Notes: generated from the sequence alone by a model not told the origin. Numbered from the stretch's first letter, positions 10,590-19,698 are shown. The stretch: 64,000 nt of DNA from Caulobacterales bacterium (GCA_038203295.1 JBBREC010000001.1:11699-75698); one strand, 5' to 3'. Numbers and translations: made by a program.

Positions 10590-11891
10590 TTGAGTTCGAC
10601 GCCCGGCAGGGGAGGCAAGGGCTTGTCACAGAGCGAAACGCACGGTCCGGGGTTCAACCGATGGCTTTTGTTCGCGCTGCTCACGATCGCCGGTATCCTG
10701 GCGCTGGTCGATCGCCAGATCATTTCTGTCCTTAAGCCGACAATCGCCGGCGAACTGGGCTGGTCCGATAACGACTACGGCACGCTCGGCGCGTCCTTCC
10801 AGGGCGCGACGGCCATCGCGCTTCTGTTCACGGGCCCGCTGGCGGACCGGCTTGGGGTGAAGTGGGCCAATGCCTTCGGCGTTTTCACCTGGAGCGTGGC
10901 GGCGCTGTTCCACGGCTGGGCGAGGTCGCTCGTCGAGTTCACAATGTGCCGCGTGGCCCTGGGCGCCACTGAGGCCCTGGCCGCGCCCACCAACATCAAG
11001 ACCATCGCGGTGATCTTCCCGCCCAACATGCGATCGATGGGCTTTGGACTTTCGAATGCCGTGGCCAGCCTTGGGGCAATCTGCGCGCCGATCTTCATTC
11101 CGGTGATCGCGCTGGCGATCGGCTGGCGCGGCGCCTTCGTGGCGGCCGGCGCGGCCGGCATCGTCTGGGCGGCGGTCTGGGTGCTGGTCACCCGCAAGAT
11201 CCGTTTCAACGACTCGGTGGCGGCTGTCGCGCCAGGCGCCGCGGGCGCGGGCCCCTCGATCTTCCGCGACCGGGCGACCTGGGCCGTGGCCGGCGCCAAA
11301 ACGCTGAGCGACTCGACCTGGTGGCTGATGCTGTTCTGGATGCCCGACTTCATGCACCGCCAGTTCGGCCTGTCCGGTGTCGCCATCGGTCCGCCGCTGG
11401 CCCTGGCCTACACGGGCGCGGCCATCGGCGCGCTGCTGAGCGGCGGTCTGGCCAGCCGGTTCCTGATCCGGGGCCATCCGGTCAACCGGGTGCGCAAGAT
11501 CGCCATGCTGGTGAGTGGCCTGCTGGTGCTGCCCCTGCCGCTTGCCCTTTACGCACCGACGGCCTGGGTCGCTGCGGGCGTGCTGGCGCTGGTGCTGTTC
11601 GCCCACCAGGGGTTCTCGACCAACCTCTTCGCCCTGATCACCGACACCACCGACCGGCGAAAGATCGGCCGGGTGACCAGCTTCGCCACCTTCTGCGGCA
11701 ACATCGGCGGCATGGGCATCGTCAAGGCGGCGGGCATGTTCCTGGTGGCCGGCCTCGGCTACATGCCGCTCTTCCTGTTCGCCGCGGTGTCCTATCTGCT
11801 GGCCCTGGGATGGATCCAGCTGTGGCTGCCCCGTATCGAGCGGATCGCGGGTTCAGACGAAGAGCCCGTGGTGGCCGTCGCCGCCCACTAG
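10590..11891 (+). CDS. MFS transporter, anion:cation symporter (hexuronate/galactonate ExuT-like) family
   Basis: N-terminus RWLLFALLTIAGILALVDRQIISVLKPTIAGELGWSDNDYG is typical of ACS-family sugar-acid transporters, with 12 TM-like segments. The start may be TTG at 10623 (GGGGAGG upstream) rather than 10590. Confidence 0.85.
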   Translation: MSSTPGRGGKGLSQSETHGPGFNRWLLFALLTIAGILALVDRQIISVLKPTIAGELGWSDNDYGTLGASFQGATAIALLFTGPLADRLGVKWANAFGVFTWSVAALFHGWARSLVEFTMCRVALGATEALAAPTNIKTIAVIFPPNMRSMGFGLSNAVASLGAICAPIFIPVIALAIGWRGAFVAAGAAGIVWAAVWVLVTRKIRFNDSVAAVAPGAAGAGPSIFRDRATWAVAGAKTLSDSTWWLMLFWMPDFMHRQFGLSGVAIGPPLALAYTGAAIGALLSGGLASRFLIRGHPVNRVRKIAMLVSGLLVLPLPLALYAPTAWVAAGVLALVLFAHQGFSTNLFALITDTTDRRKIGRVTSFATFCGNIGGMGIVKAAGMFLVAGLGYMPLFLFAAVSYLLALGWIQLWLPRIERIAGSDEEPVVAVAAH

Positions 11892-12956
11892 CTAGACCAG
11901 CGGGCCGTGCTCGATGTTCGGCAGGACGTGGCGGGCGAACAGGTCGGCCTCGGCGGCATGCGGGTAGCCGGACAGGATGAAGGCCTCGATGCCCATGTCG
12001 CGGTAGTCATTAAGCTTCGCCAGCACCTGATCCGGATCGCCGACGATGGCGGCGCCGCAGCCTGAGCGGGCGCGACCGACGCCGGTCCAGAGGTTGGCTT
12101 CCGCATAGCCATCATCCGACGCGCTCTCGCGCAGCGCCACCTGGGCCTGCACGCCGGCCGAAGTGGAATCGAGGGACTTGGCCTTGATCGCTGCGCCGGT
12201 GGCGTCATCCAGCTTGGAGAGCAGCCGGTCCGCGGCGGCGCGGGCCTCGGCCTCGGTGTCGCGCACGATCATGTGGGCGCGATAGCCGTAGCGCAGGGTG
12301 CGACCATGCCGGGCGGCGCGGGCGGTCATGTCGGCGATGATGTCGGCCACCACCTCCTTCTTGTCCGGCCACATGAGGAAGACGTCGCAGCCCTTGGCGG
12401 CGGCCTCGCGGGCGTCTTCGGACAGGCCGCCAAAGTAGAGCAGGGGGGCCTTTCCCGAGACGGTCTTCACCCGCGGCGGGTCGATCTTCAGCTGCCAGGC
12501 GTCGCCCTGGTGGTCGAGGCTCTCGCCGTTGAGCATGGCCTTCAGGATCAGCATGGCCTCGAGCGTGCGGCCGTAGCGCGGCGCGGACGCCAGCTTCTGG
12601 CCGGGCATGTCGGAGGAGATGATGTTGATGGTCAGCCTGCCGCCCAGCATCTGGTCGATGGTGGCGATCTGGCGGGCCAGCTGCGGCGGCCACATTTCGC
12701 CGATGCGGATGGCCATCAGCAGGCGCATGCGCTTCAGCATCGGGGCGATGCCGGCGGCGAAGGCGGTGGTGTCGATGCCGAGCTCATAGCCCGAAGGAAG
12801 CAGGATGTTGTCGAACCCGCCGGCCTCGGCCTGCAGGACGATATCGCGGCAATGCTCCCAGCTTGAGCGCAGCATCGGGTCCGGCACGCCCAGGAACTCG
12901 TAGTCGTCGTCGCAGAGCGCGGAGAACCAGCTGATCTCGCAGGGCGGCCGGGTCAT
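11892..12956 (-). CDS. LLM-class FMNH2-dependent monooxygenase, SsuD (alkanesulfonate monooxygenase)-like
   Basis: Collinear with SsuD as I recall it: ISWFSAL..DDYEFLG, PLLYFGG, RYGYRAHMIVRDTEAEA, NLWTGVGRARSGCGAAIVGD, ILSGYPH. The start ATG at 12956 overlaps the upstream AKR stop (ATGA). Confidence 0.85.
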   Translation of the reverse strand: MTRPPCEISWFSALCDDDYEFLGVPDPMLRSSWEHCRDIVLQAEAGGFDNILLPSGYELGIDTTAFAAGIAPMLKRMRLLMAIRIGEMWPPQLARQIATIDQMLGGRLTINIISSDMPGQKLASAPRYGRTLEAMLILKAMLNGESLDHQGDAWQLKIDPPRVKTVSGKAPLLYFGGLSEDAREAAAKGCDVFLMWPDKKEVVADIIADMTARAARHGRTLRYGYRAHMIVRDTEAEARAAADRLLSKLDDATGAAIKAKSLDSTSAGVQAQVALRESASDDGYAEANLWTGVGRARSGCGAAIVGDPDQVLAKLNDYRDMGIEAFILSGYPHAAEADLFARHVLPNIEHGPLV

Positions 12957-13870
12957 GGCAGGGGCTCTCCCATCGATGCGGTCAGGACCGCGTACCACTC
13001 GGGTCGGGTCCATACGGGTTTGAAGGCGTCCGGAATCTCGGCGATGCGGGCCAGCGTCTGGGTGCCCACGATCGGGATCGGCCGCGCTGGGTGGGCCATG
13101 ATCCAGCTGTAGGCCGCCGCCGCGCGGGAAACGCCGCAGGCCTCGGCCTTGACGTCCAGGGTCTGGGCCACGGCGCGGGAGCGGTCGTCCTTCGGATCGC
13201 CGAGCCGCCCGCCGCCAAGCGGCGACCAGGCGAGCACGGCCATGCCGCGGGCCAGCGCCTGGTCGAGCACGCCGTTTGTAAGCGGCGCGATGGCCAGGGG
13301 CGAGAACTCCGGCTGGCAGCTGACGATCGGCAGCGGCAGGTGGGCGGCCAGGGCCTCAACCTGCTGCGGGGTAAAGTTGGACACGCCCACCGCGCCGATC
13401 TTACCGGCTCTGTGCGCCGCGACGAGCGCCTCCGCCGTGTCGGCCGGATGGGCGAACATGTCGGGCCGGTGGATCTGCCACAGCGCCACATGGTCGAGGC
13501 CCAGACGCGTCAGCGAGGCGTCGATGGCGCTGGCGATGTAGCCCGGACTGGAATCATAGGGCGTGCCGATGACGATGCCGCCCTTGGTGGCGAGCACCAT
13601 GCGGGCGGCCAGGCCGGGGGCCTGGGCCAACACCCGGCCCAGCAGCGCCTCGGCGGCGCCGAAGGCCTCGCCATTATCGGGGCCGTAGATGTCGGCGGTG
13701 TCGAACAGGGTGACGCCGGCGTCGAGCGCGGCCTCCACCCGGGCCTGGGCAGCGGCGACGTCGTCGCCGGCGAAGCGCCACATCCCCCAGGCGATCGAGG
13801 AAACCATGGGACCGCCGGCATAGAGCGGGCGGTTGCGAGGCGTTTGCTGAGGAGATGTCATCGCTGTCAT
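12953..13870 (-). CDS. aldo/keto reductase
   Basis: FDTADIYG, LATKGG, LDHVALWQIHRPD, GAVGVSNF and LAWSPLGGG motifs. Start is ATG at 13870 or 13861; the ORF-track start at 13927 is an extension. Confidence 0.87.
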   Translation of the reverse strand: MTAMTSPQQTPRNRPLYAGGPMVSSIAWGMWRFAGDDVAAAQARVEAALDAGVTLFDTADIYGPDNGEAFGAAEALLGRVLAQAPGLAARMVLATKGGIVIGTPYDSSPGYIASAIDASLTRLGLDHVALWQIHRPDMFAHPADTAEALVAAHRAGKIGAVGVSNFTPQQVEALAAHLPLPIVSCQPEFSPLAIAPLTNGVLDQALARGMAVLAWSPLGGGRLGDPKDDRSRAVAQTLDVKAEACGVSRAAAAYSWIMAHPARPIPIVGTQTLARIAEIPDAFKPVWTRPEWYAVLTASMGEPLP

Positions 13871-14029
13871 GCTAGCCACTGGCCAGCGCCATGGCAACGT
13901 CCACCCGGCCCAGACCGGTTTCGTCACCGCAATCGGTGTTTCGGTAATGAATTCATATAGCCTGCGGCCTGTCGACGCCGCGCGGGTCGGGCGCGGCGGA
14001 GCGATCCCCGGCCTTTCCGGCGGCAGTAC

Positions 14030-14045
14030 ATGATAGCGCTGTCAT
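14030..14045. promoter_or_regulatory. LacI/GalR-type operator candidate (ATGATAGCGCTGTCAT)
   Basis: Half-sites match at 7 of 8 positions around the AGCGCT centre. Lies about 160 nt upstream of the AKR-monooxygenase operon and just downstream of the lacI-family gene. Confidence 0.5.
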
Positions 14046-14068
14046 ATCCTATGGCAGGCGCGTGGGGC

Positions 14069-15073
14069 TTAGTCCGCCCGCGGGGCCGCCGTAGAGGCGC
14101 GCAGTACGAGCTCATGTGGCAGCCGGCGGTGAACCGCCTCCTGGTCGCCGTCGAACAGCAGGCTGGCGGCGGCGTAGGCCAGCTCGCGGGTCGGCTGGCG
14201 TACGGTAGTGAGCGGGGGCCAGAGCTGGCTGGCCAGCGGCGTGTCGTCGAAGCCGGCGACCGAGAGGTCCCGGGGAAGGGTCATGCCGCGCCGGTGGGCA
14301 ACGGTGAGCACCCCGGCCGCCATGTCGTCATTGCTGGCGAAGATCGCCGTCGGAGGCTGGGGCAGGTCCAGCAGCACGTCCGCCGCCGCTTCGCCCGAGG
14401 TGAAATCGAATTCGCCCGGCCGCACGTACTTCGGTTCGAATGGCAGGCCGGCCCGGTCAAGGGCTCGGCGGTAGCCGAACAGCCGCTGGTCGCTGGCGGT
14501 GTGGTTGCTGTGGCCGATGATAAAGCCAATCCGTTTGTGTCCAAGCGAGATCAGGTGGCTGGTCATGTCGTCGGCGGCCTGAACGTCGTCCATGGCCACG
14601 GAAGAGCTGCGCCCGTGCTCCGTGCCGGGCGAGATCCGCACATAGGGAATCTGCCGCCGCTCGAGTTCGTCCAGCGCGGCGACCGCATCAGTTACGGGTG
14701 ACGACAGAATCACGCCGTCGACCTGGGTCTGGTCGATCAGCCCCCCGACTTCCTGGGCCAGACGCATCGAGGCCGCGTCGGTGGGCTGGGCCAGCAGCCG
14801 GACGCCTTCTTCCACGCAGCGGGCCCAGACGCCGGTCTGGATCTGGTGGATGTAATGCGGGCTGTGATTGTCGTAGATCAGGGCGATCTGGAAGCTGCGC
14901 TTGCCGGCCAGGGTGCGGGCGGCGGCGCTGGGTTGGAAATTCAGCTGCGCGACGGCGCGCTCGACGCGCTGGCGGGTCTCGGCGGAGACATAGCGCTCCT
15001 TGTTCAGGACCCGCGAGACGGTCTTGGTCGAAACGCGCGCGATCTCCGACACGTCCTTGATCGTCGCCCGCAT
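14069..15073 (-). CDS. LacI family transcriptional regulator
   Basis: HTH start MRATIKDVSEIARVSTKTVSRVLNKERYVSAETRQRV, followed by a periplasmic-binding-protein-like sugar-binding fold. Confidence 0.92.
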   Translation of the reverse strand: MRATIKDVSEIARVSTKTVSRVLNKERYVSAETRQRVERAVAQLNFQPSAAARTLAGKRSFQIALIYDNHSPHYIHQIQTGVWARCVEEGVRLLAQPTDAASMRLAQEVGGLIDQTQVDGVILSSPVTDAVAALDELERRQIPYVRISPGTEHGRSSSVAMDDVQAADDMTSHLISLGHKRIGFIIGHSNHTASDQRLFGYRRALDRAGLPFEPKYVRPGEFDFTSGEAAADVLLDLPQPPTAIFASNDDMAAGVLTVAHRRGMTLPRDLSVAGFDDTPLASQLWPPLTTVRQPTRELAYAAASLLFDGDQEAVHRRLPHELVLRASTAAPRAD

Positions 15074-15149
15074 TCCGCCCTACCCGCCCTCCGTATGGTC
15101 CGCCACGATTTTAGGTTCATAACACGCTGCGGCGCACCAAAATTGATGT

Positions 15150-15340
15150 GGAGGGTACTGACCGCCCATTCAGATCGATCCTGTTGTCGGTGATGCGCAG
15201 CGCCCGGACCTGCATCTCGGTCAGGTCGGCCAGCTCGACGATCGGAACTCCAGCGGGCCGGCATCGTAGAGTCTTCGCATATCCGGGCTGGAGCCTTTGG
15301 CGGTCTGCGCGGGCTGCGATCAGGCGCGGCTCGGCTTGCC
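15150..15340 (-). pseudogene. relic of a ParB-like nuclease domain (as found N-terminal in phage/GTA-type DNA methyltransferases)
   Basis: Minus-strand translation RPAGVPIVELADLTEMQVRALRITDNRIDLNG fits the ParB-domain pattern VP.V.L..LTE.Q.RA..I.DN....N.GW. No methyltransferase or other continuation follows, and stops and frame changes flank it. Confidence 0.35.
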
Positions 15341-15487
15341 TCCACCGCCCAAGCGCCAGTGCCCGGCGGCTAAAGCTCTCGGTGGTAGCCATTAGATCCG
15401 GCCACCTCTTCCCCGAAGCTCGGCGCCTGGTTGGAGGGGGCCGGTCATTCCCCCGGTTGTTGCGCCTGCACGTCATGATCGGCCAAC

Positions 15488-15501
15488 CTGATCTGGCTCA
15501 A
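15488..15501. promoter_or_regulatory. FNR/FixK-like box candidate (CTGATCTGGCTCAA)
   Basis: Matches TTGA-N6-TCAA at 7 of 8 specified positions, 51 nt upstream of the USP start codon. Confidence 0.3.
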
Positions 15502-15551
15502 TGAGGCTGGTGCAGACGCAGTATCATGGTCTCTCACACCCGGAGCCCCTC

Positions 15552-16400
15552 ATGACCTATGTCGACGCCTTGCTGCATATCGACAGCTACCCGACCCCGA
15601 CAACCGCAGACGCCATCGACGAGGCCATCGCCCTGGCGGCGAGCCTTGGCAGTCGGCTGACCGCCCTGGCGATCGAGGTCGATATTCCCGTTCGCAGCAA
15701 TCGCCTGGCCGACTACCTCATTGGCCTCGGCGCGATGGCCGATGAGGAAGAAGCCAAGAGCCGGGCGGCCTGTCGCGACGGCCTGGCGGCATTTGCGCGA
15801 GGCGCCGACGCGGCTGGGATTGAGCACGCGTCGGTCCTCACACGAGTCAACCACTATGGAGTGGGCGATCAGGTCGCCCGGGTGGCGCGGACCTATGATC
15901 TTTGCCTCCTACCGCTGATGGGCGAGTTCGACAGTCAGGTCGAGGTGGCGCAGGCCGTTGTCTTCAGTTCTGGTCGGCCAGTCCTGATTTTCCGCAAAGG
16001 AGAGACCTTGGGTCTCGCGAACGGTCCCGATCTGGTGGTGATCGCCTGGGATGGCGGCGGCAATGCCGCCCGCGCAATGGCGGACGCCATGCCGATCCTG
16101 ACCCGCGCCAGGCGGGTGCGTCTGCTGACCATCCTGAATGACAAGCCGGCCGCCACGGCGGCCCTTGGCCTCGACGCCCAGCGGCATCTCCGCGCTCATG
16201 GCATCGAAGCTGAACTGGCGAGCGTGGATCGCGACGGGCCCGAGATCGGCAAGACCCTGGACCGATACATCGCGCGGCACGCGCCCGATCTGCTGGTCAT
16301 GGGCGCCTATGGTCACTCCCGGGCCCGCGAATTCCTGCTGGGCGGGGCCACCGAGCACACGCTCAATAATTCTTGCTGCCCGGTGCTCCTCTCGCATTGA
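15552..16400 (+). CDS. universal stress protein (tandem USP domains)
   Basis: About 280 aa with two USP-like halves, the second ending DLLVMGAYGHSRAREFLLGGATEHTLNNSCCPVLLSH. The start is taken at MTYVDALLHID. Confidence 0.85.
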   Translation: MTYVDALLHIDSYPTPTTADAIDEAIALAASLGSRLTALAIEVDIPVRSNRLADYLIGLGAMADEEEAKSRAACRDGLAAFARGADAAGIEHASVLTRVNHYGVGDQVARVARTYDLCLLPLMGEFDSQVEVAQAVVFSSGRPVLIFRKGETLGLANGPDLVVIAWDGGGNAARAMADAMPILTRARRVRLLTILNDKPAATAALGLDAQRHLRAHGIEAELASVDRDGPEIGKTLDRYIARHAPDLLVMGAYGHSRAREFLLGGATEHTLNNSCCPVLLSH

Positions 16401-16446
16401 CCGGTTCGGATCGTACGCATCGCCGTAACCGTATTGGATCTGGCCC

Positions 16447-18999
16447 ATGGAAACCCTAGCTCGAAACGGACTTAGCCAAGCTGAAGCCGACCGGCGCCTG
16501 GCGACCGTCGGGCCCAATGAGCTGCCCGCATCGACGGATCGCGGCATATTTCGCATCGCCTTCGAGACCATGCGCGAGCCGATGTTCCTACTGCTCATCG
16601 GCGCGGCGGCGCTCTACCTCGTTCTGGGCGATCTCGGCGAAGGCCTGTTCCTGATGGGCGGCGCGCTGGCCACGATCGGCCTTGTCGTGCTGCAGGAGGC
16701 GCGCAGTGAGAAGGCGCTGGCCGCCCTGCGGGACCTGTCGCAGCCTCATGCACGGGTGATCCGCGACGGGGCCGAGCGCTCAGTCGCGGCCCGCGAGCTT
16801 GTGCCTGGCGATATTGTCCTGGTCGGGGAAGGGGAGCGACTTCCGGCCGACGGCGTGCTGACCGCCGGCGACGTTCTCAGCGTCGATGAATCCGCCCTGA
16901 CGGGCGAGTCGGCGCCGGTCTCCAAGCGGCCGGTATTGCCCGACGAGACGCCGGATCCCGACGCGCCGCCGGGCGCCGACTCTGGACCGCACCTGTTCTC
17001 CGGCACACTGATCGTGCGCGGCCAGGCCGTCGCCCAGGTCAACCGGACCGGACCGCGCACCGCGCTCGGCAAGATCGGAGTCTCCCTGGCGGCGATCACC
17101 CAGGAACCGACGCCGCTTCAAAAGACGGCCGGCCGGCTCGTTACTTGGCTGGGCGCGTTTGCGCTGATGTTCTGCGCCCTTGTCGCCGTCGCCTACGGCC
17201 TGCTGCGCGGCGATTGGGTGAACGGCGCCCTGGCCGGAATCACTGTCGCCATCGCTCTGATCCCGGAAGAGTTCCCGATGGTGCTGGCAGTGTTCCTGGC
17301 GCTCGGCGCCTGGCGGCTGGCCACGCATCAGGTTCTGGTCCGGCGCAGCGCGGTGATCGAGGCGTTGGGCGGCGCGACGGTGCTGTGCGTCGACAAGACC
17401 GGGACCCTGACCGAGAACCAGATGCAGGTCGCCCGGCTGTGGACCGACGGCGCAGATGTCGCCGTGACGGCCGACGAGGCGCTGGCGCCGCCTGCCCGCG
17501 CCCTCCTCGTCACCGCGGGGCTCGCATCGGCCGTGCGTCCGGTCGACCCGATGGACAAGGCCGTGCGCGGTCTGCTGGAGACCGGAAGCCCCGGCGAGAC
17601 GCCAACCCTCGAGGAGCCGGAACGGGCTTGGCCGTTGCGCCCCGACCTGATGGCGGTCATCCAGGTCTGGCCGCAGACCGAGGGCGCCCGGCTGGCGGGC
17701 GCCAAGGGCGCGCCGGAAGCCATCTTCCGGCTCTGCAAGCTGCCCGCAGCCGACATTGAACGGCTGACCGCTGTGGTCGGCGCCTACGCCGAGCGGGGAC
17801 TTCGGGTGCTGGGCGTGGCGTCGAGCCGGGTTCCCGGCCCGTTTCCGGAAGATCCTGAAACCGCGCCCTTTGTGTTCACGGGTTTTGTAGGATTTCTCGA
17901 CCCCGTACGTAAGGATGTACCCGCTGCTCTGAAGGAGGCCCAGGCCGCGGGGATCTCCGTGGTCATGATCACCGGCGACCATCCTGCCACCGCCCTGGCG
18001 ATCGCCAGAACGGCCGGGATCGACACGTCGGGCGGGGTGTTGCTGGGGTCCGAACTGGCCGCTTTGTCGCCGCAGGATCTCGCGGCCCGGCTACAGGGCG
18101 TGCGGGTGTTCGCCAGGATCATCCCCGAGCAGAAACTGCTGATTGTCCAGGGGCTCAAGGCGGCCGGCGAAGTGGTCGCCATGACCGGCGACGGAGTCAA
18201 CGACGCGCCCGCCCTTGAAACGGCCCACATCGGCATCGCCATGGGCAGGAAGGGCACCGACGTCGCGCGTGAGGCCGCGGACCTCGTGCTCATGGACGAC
18301 AGCTTCGCCTCCATCGTCGGCGGCGTACGTCTGGGTCGGCGCATCTTCGTCAATCTGCGCAAGGCTCTGATCTACGTCACTGCGATCCACGTACCGATCG
18401 CCGGGCTGGCGCTGATCCCCATCGTGCTTGGCCTGCCGCAGCTGCTCTTCCCGATGCATGTGGTCTTCCTGGAGCTGGTCATCGATCCGGTGTGCGCGAT
18501 GGTCTTCGAGGCTGAGCCCGGCGGCGCGAGCGCCATGCAACGACCGCCACGACGGCGCGACGAGGCGCTGTTCGGACCGGCCCAACTGGGGTTGGCGCTC
18601 CTGCAGGGGACCGGTGTGCTGGTCGGGGTTTTCTTCATCTATGTCTGGTCGCTGAGCCACTACCCGGAGGGAGAAGCGCGAGGCGCGGCGTTCCTGGCCC
18701 TGGTCGTCGGGAACCTGGTCTTGGCGCTGGCCGATGCATCTTCCACGGGTGGACGGCTGTTCGCGCCCCACCGCAAAATCTACTGGATCATCTCCGCGGC
18801 CGCAGGCGGAATCCTCACGCTGGTGCTGACGGTTCCGCTGTTTTCCAGCCTCTTCAAGGTGATCCCGCCAGACCTTCCGCTGCTGAGTCTTGCGCTTGGC
18901 GTGGCCGGTGTGAGCGGAGGCTGGTTTGGCGTCGTAAGGAGCCTCCGGGGCCTGCTGCAGCGCAGCCAGACGAACGCCGCCCGCCTCAAGCCGTCATGA
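16447..18999 (+). CDS. cation-translocating P-type ATPase
   Basis: DKTGTLT phosphorylation site, TGES, MITGDHP and GDGVNDAPAL motifs, and N-terminus GLSQAEADRRLATVGPNELP. The TM4 motif is PEEFPMV rather than PEGLP. Confidence 0.93.
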   Translation: METLARNGLSQAEADRRLATVGPNELPASTDRGIFRIAFETMREPMFLLLIGAAALYLVLGDLGEGLFLMGGALATIGLVVLQEARSEKALAALRDLSQPHARVIRDGAERSVAARELVPGDIVLVGEGERLPADGVLTAGDVLSVDESALTGESAPVSKRPVLPDETPDPDAPPGADSGPHLFSGTLIVRGQAVAQVNRTGPRTALGKIGVSLAAITQEPTPLQKTAGRLVTWLGAFALMFCALVAVAYGLLRGDWVNGALAGITVAIALIPEEFPMVLAVFLALGAWRLATHQVLVRRSAVIEALGGATVLCVDKTGTLTENQMQVARLWTDGADVAVTADEALAPPARALLVTAGLASAVRPVDPMDKAVRGLLETGSPGETPTLEEPERAWPLRPDLMAVIQVWPQTEGARLAGAKGAPEAIFRLCKLPAADIERLTAVVGAYAERGLRVLGVASSRVPGPFPEDPETAPFVFTGFVGFLDPVRKDVPAALKEAQAAGISVVMITGDHPATALAIARTAGIDTSGGVLLGSELAALSPQDLAARLQGVRVFARIIPEQKLLIVQGLKAAGEVVAMTGDGVNDAPALETAHIGIAMGRKGTDVAREAADLVLMDDSFASIVGGVRLGRRIFVNLRKALIYVTAIHVPIAGLALIPIVLGLPQLLFPMHVVFLELVIDPVCAMVFEAEPGGASAMQRPPRRRDEALFGPAQLGLALLQGTGVLVGVFFIYVWSLSHYPEGEARGAAFLALVVGNLVLALADASSTGGRLFAPHRKIYWIISAAAGGILTLVLTVPLFSSLFKVIPPDLPLLSLALGVAGVSGGWFGVVRSLRGLLQRSQTNAARLKPS

Positions 19000-19009
19000 C
19001 CTCAATCAA
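18996..19009. promoter_or_regulatory. FNR/FixK-like box candidate (ATGACCTCAATCAA)
   Basis: Matches TTGA-N6-TCAA at 7 of 8 positions. Overlaps the ATPase stop codon and lies about 110 nt upstream of the cupin gene. Confidence 0.3.
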
Positions 19010-19117
19010 GGACAAGCCTGAGAAACAAGCCGTTCATCAACCGAGCAGGCGCGGGCCGGCGCACTCAATCTCGTCAGGCCGCCGCACCGGTGAACGTCGC
19101 CAACTGAGGAGAATTCC

Positions 19118-19570
19118 ATGAAGGGTTTTGTCGAGGATATCGAGGATCTCACCTTGGAGAACGCTGCGTTCCGGCGCGTGCTCTACACCGGCAAGCATCT
19201 GCAGCTGGTGCTGATGGCGCTGAAGCCGGATGAAGAGATCGGCGCCGAGACCCATGTCGGCCACGATCAGTTCTTCCGGGTTGAAAAGGGCAAGGGCGAG
19301 GTCTGGATCGACGGTGAGCGCACCAAGATCAAGCGCGACGACGCGATCATCGTGCCGGCCGGGGCCAGCCACAACATCGTCAATACGGGCGCCAAGTCGC
19401 TCAAGCTCTACACGCTGTATGCGCCGCCGCAGCATCACGACGGCGTCGTGCGGGCGACCAAGGCAGACGCAGCCGCCACCGAAGAGCACTTCGATGGCAA
19501 GACGACGGAATCGGCCACGCCGGCCAAATCAGCGAGCCCGCGTGGCGCCCATGCGAAGCCCGGCGCCTGA
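19118..19570 (+). CDS. cupin domain protein
   Basis: GAETHVGHDQFFRVEKGKGEVWIDGE...IIVPAGASHNIVNTG is the classic two-motif cupin core. GAGGAG RBS upstream. Confidence 0.8.
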   Translation: MKGFVEDIEDLTLENAAFRRVLYTGKHLQLVLMALKPDEEIGAETHVGHDQFFRVEKGKGEVWIDGERTKIKRDDAIIVPAGASHNIVNTGAKSLKLYTLYAPPQHHDGVVRATKADAAATEEHFDGKTTESATPAKSASPRGAHAKPGA

Positions 19571-19698
19571 GGCTGAGCGCGTCCGACTTCGGCGCGCCCA
19601 TTCCGTTGGCGCAGCAAGGCTGATCCGGCGTGACTTACCGGGCTGGAAGCCCGACCGTGCCGGTACGTCGCACTCGGGAAGGGTCACGCCCGCATCGC

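Noticed and set aside
13947-13956. Perfect 10-bp palindrome ATGAATTCAT in the AKR-monooxygenase upstream region
   Set aside because: It is a single short occurrence containing an EcoRI site, with no second copy in the window. It cannot be distinguished from chance, and the AGCGCT-centred sites are the better operator candidates.
19571-19610. Hairpin GCGCGTCCGA-ct-TCGGCGCGC after the cupin gene as a terminator
   Set aside because: The stem is imperfect and is not followed by a T-run. The downstream MgtC gene may be co-transcribed, so it was not annotated.
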